A program made the position numbers and the translations under genes. DNA of 16,315 nucleotides. Source: Chlamydiota bacterium. Lineage in GTDB: Bacteria; Auribacterota; Tritonobacteria; UBA1439. Positions within the stretch are counted from its first letter, which is position 1; each line of letters opens with the position of its first letter. The stretch lies in the NCBI GenBank assembly GCA_037133055.1, contig JBAXOY010000070.1, forward strand, positions 1 through 16,315. Direction: 5' to 3'. Shown piece after piece: positions 15,400-16,315 of this stretch. The notes under the pieces were generated by a model. That model did no database searches and was not told the DNA's origin. It saw nothing but the letters and a program-made list of their open reading frames with translations.

Positions 15400-16315
15400 G
15401 TGCACGAAAACGCCGTGACCATCGACGAAAGCGTGAAGGTGGCGATCCCCCGCGAGGTGGGCATCCTGCCACTGCGCGACACGGTGATATTTCCGTTTAT
15501 GATCACCCCGCTCCTCGTGGGGCGCGAGAAGTCGGTGCGGCTCATCAACGACTGCCTGGCGGGCGATAAGATCGTGGGGTTTCTCACCCAGAGGAAGACC
15601 GAGGTCGAGGACCCCCGCACGGAGGACCTCTACTCGTTCGGGACGGTCTGCAAGATCCACAAGATGATCCGCTACCCCGATCAGCGGGTGAACATCATCG
15701 TCCAGGGGCTCCAGCGATTCCGGGTGGAACGGTTCGTCAAGGAGGAGCCTTTTTTCAAGGCCGCGATCGTCACGCTCGAGGAGATGGCCGTTGCGGACAT
15801 GGAGATGCAGGCCCTCACCCGGAGCGTTTCCAACCAGTTCCAGAAGATACTCTCCCTCTCCCCGCTTCCCGCGAAGGAGCTGCACATGTCGGTGCTGAAC
15901 ATCACCGAGCCGGGGAAGCTCGCCGACTTCATCATCTCGAACATGGACGTCGAGATCTTCCGGAAACAGGAGCTCCTCGAGGAGCTCGACGTCAAGGCGC
16001 GGCTGAAGAAGCTCCTCTTCGCCATCGACAAGGAGCTCGAGATCCTCGAACTGGGGACCAAGATCCAGTCGAGCGTCCAGAGCACCATTTCAAAGGGGAT
16101 GCGCGAGCACTACCTGCGCGAGCAGCTCAAGGTGATCCAGAAGGAGCTCGGCGAGGGCGACGAGCAGTCGCGCGAGGTGCGCGAGTTCGAGGCGAGCATC
16201 GCGAAGGCGAAGATGCCCCGTGAGGTCGAGGAGGCCGCCCGGAAGGAGCTCGGCCGCTTCGGGACGATCAACCCGGCCGCCGCGGAGTACACAGTCTCGA
16301 AGACCTACATCGAGT
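15400..16315 (+). CDS. lon: ATP-dependent Lon protease (3'-partial; absent from the ORF track)
   Basis: GTG after SD gagagg; ILPLRDTVIFP, VGREKS, IVQGLQRF, REHYLREQLKVIQKELGE, AAEYTVSKTYIE. Open to the window end. Confidence 0.95.
   Translation, partial: MHENAVTIDESVKVAIPREVGILPLRDTVIFPFMITPLLVGREKSVRLINDCLAGDKIVGFLTQRKTEVEDPRTEDLYSFGTVCKIHKMIRYPDQRVNIIVQGLQRFRVERFVKEEPFFKAAIVTLEEMAVADMEMQALTRSVSNQFQKILSLSPLPAKELHMSVLNITEPGKLADFIISNMDVEIFRKQELLEELDVKARLKKLLFAIDKELEILELGTKIQSSVQSTISKGMREHYLREQLKVIQKELGEGDEQSREVREFEASIAKAKMPREVEEAARKELGRFGTINPAAAEYTVSKTYIE

Noticed and set aside
15250..16292. Minus-strand ORFs at the right end
   Set aside because: They are antisense shadows of lon, which the ORF track missed because it has no stop within the window.

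Overview
A GC-rich bacterial chromosomal window built around a tRNA cluster: tRNA-Ser(GCT), tRNA-Ser(CGA), tRNA-Arg(ACG), tadA and tRNA-Ser(GGA). The cluster appears to have acted as a sink for accessory DNA. Left part: the Pro/Thr-rich end of a probable surface protein, a decayed tyrosine integrase with arm-type repeats, tRNA-Ser(GCT), a nucleotidyltransferase plus small-partner (toxin-antitoxin-like) module with a decayed tandem copy, a DUF2007-like gene, ~51-bp hairpin repeats and tRNA-Ser(CGA). Next is an AT-richer island encoding a stressosome (rsbR-rsbS-rsbT, an internally deleted rsbX, a hybrid kinase and a response regulator). It is followed by a small membrane protein, tRNA-Arg(ACG), tadA, a 5' tRNA-Ser copy whose anticodon arm is exactly replaced by a foreign hairpin, tRNA-Ser(GGA) and a second nucleotidyltransferase plus partner module. 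Right part: znuACB, two paralogous secreted proteins (the first probably starting at CTG), two small exported proteins, a stand-alone ComEA-like HhH gene and the 5' part of lon. All family calls come from reading motifs by eye; no database searches were run.
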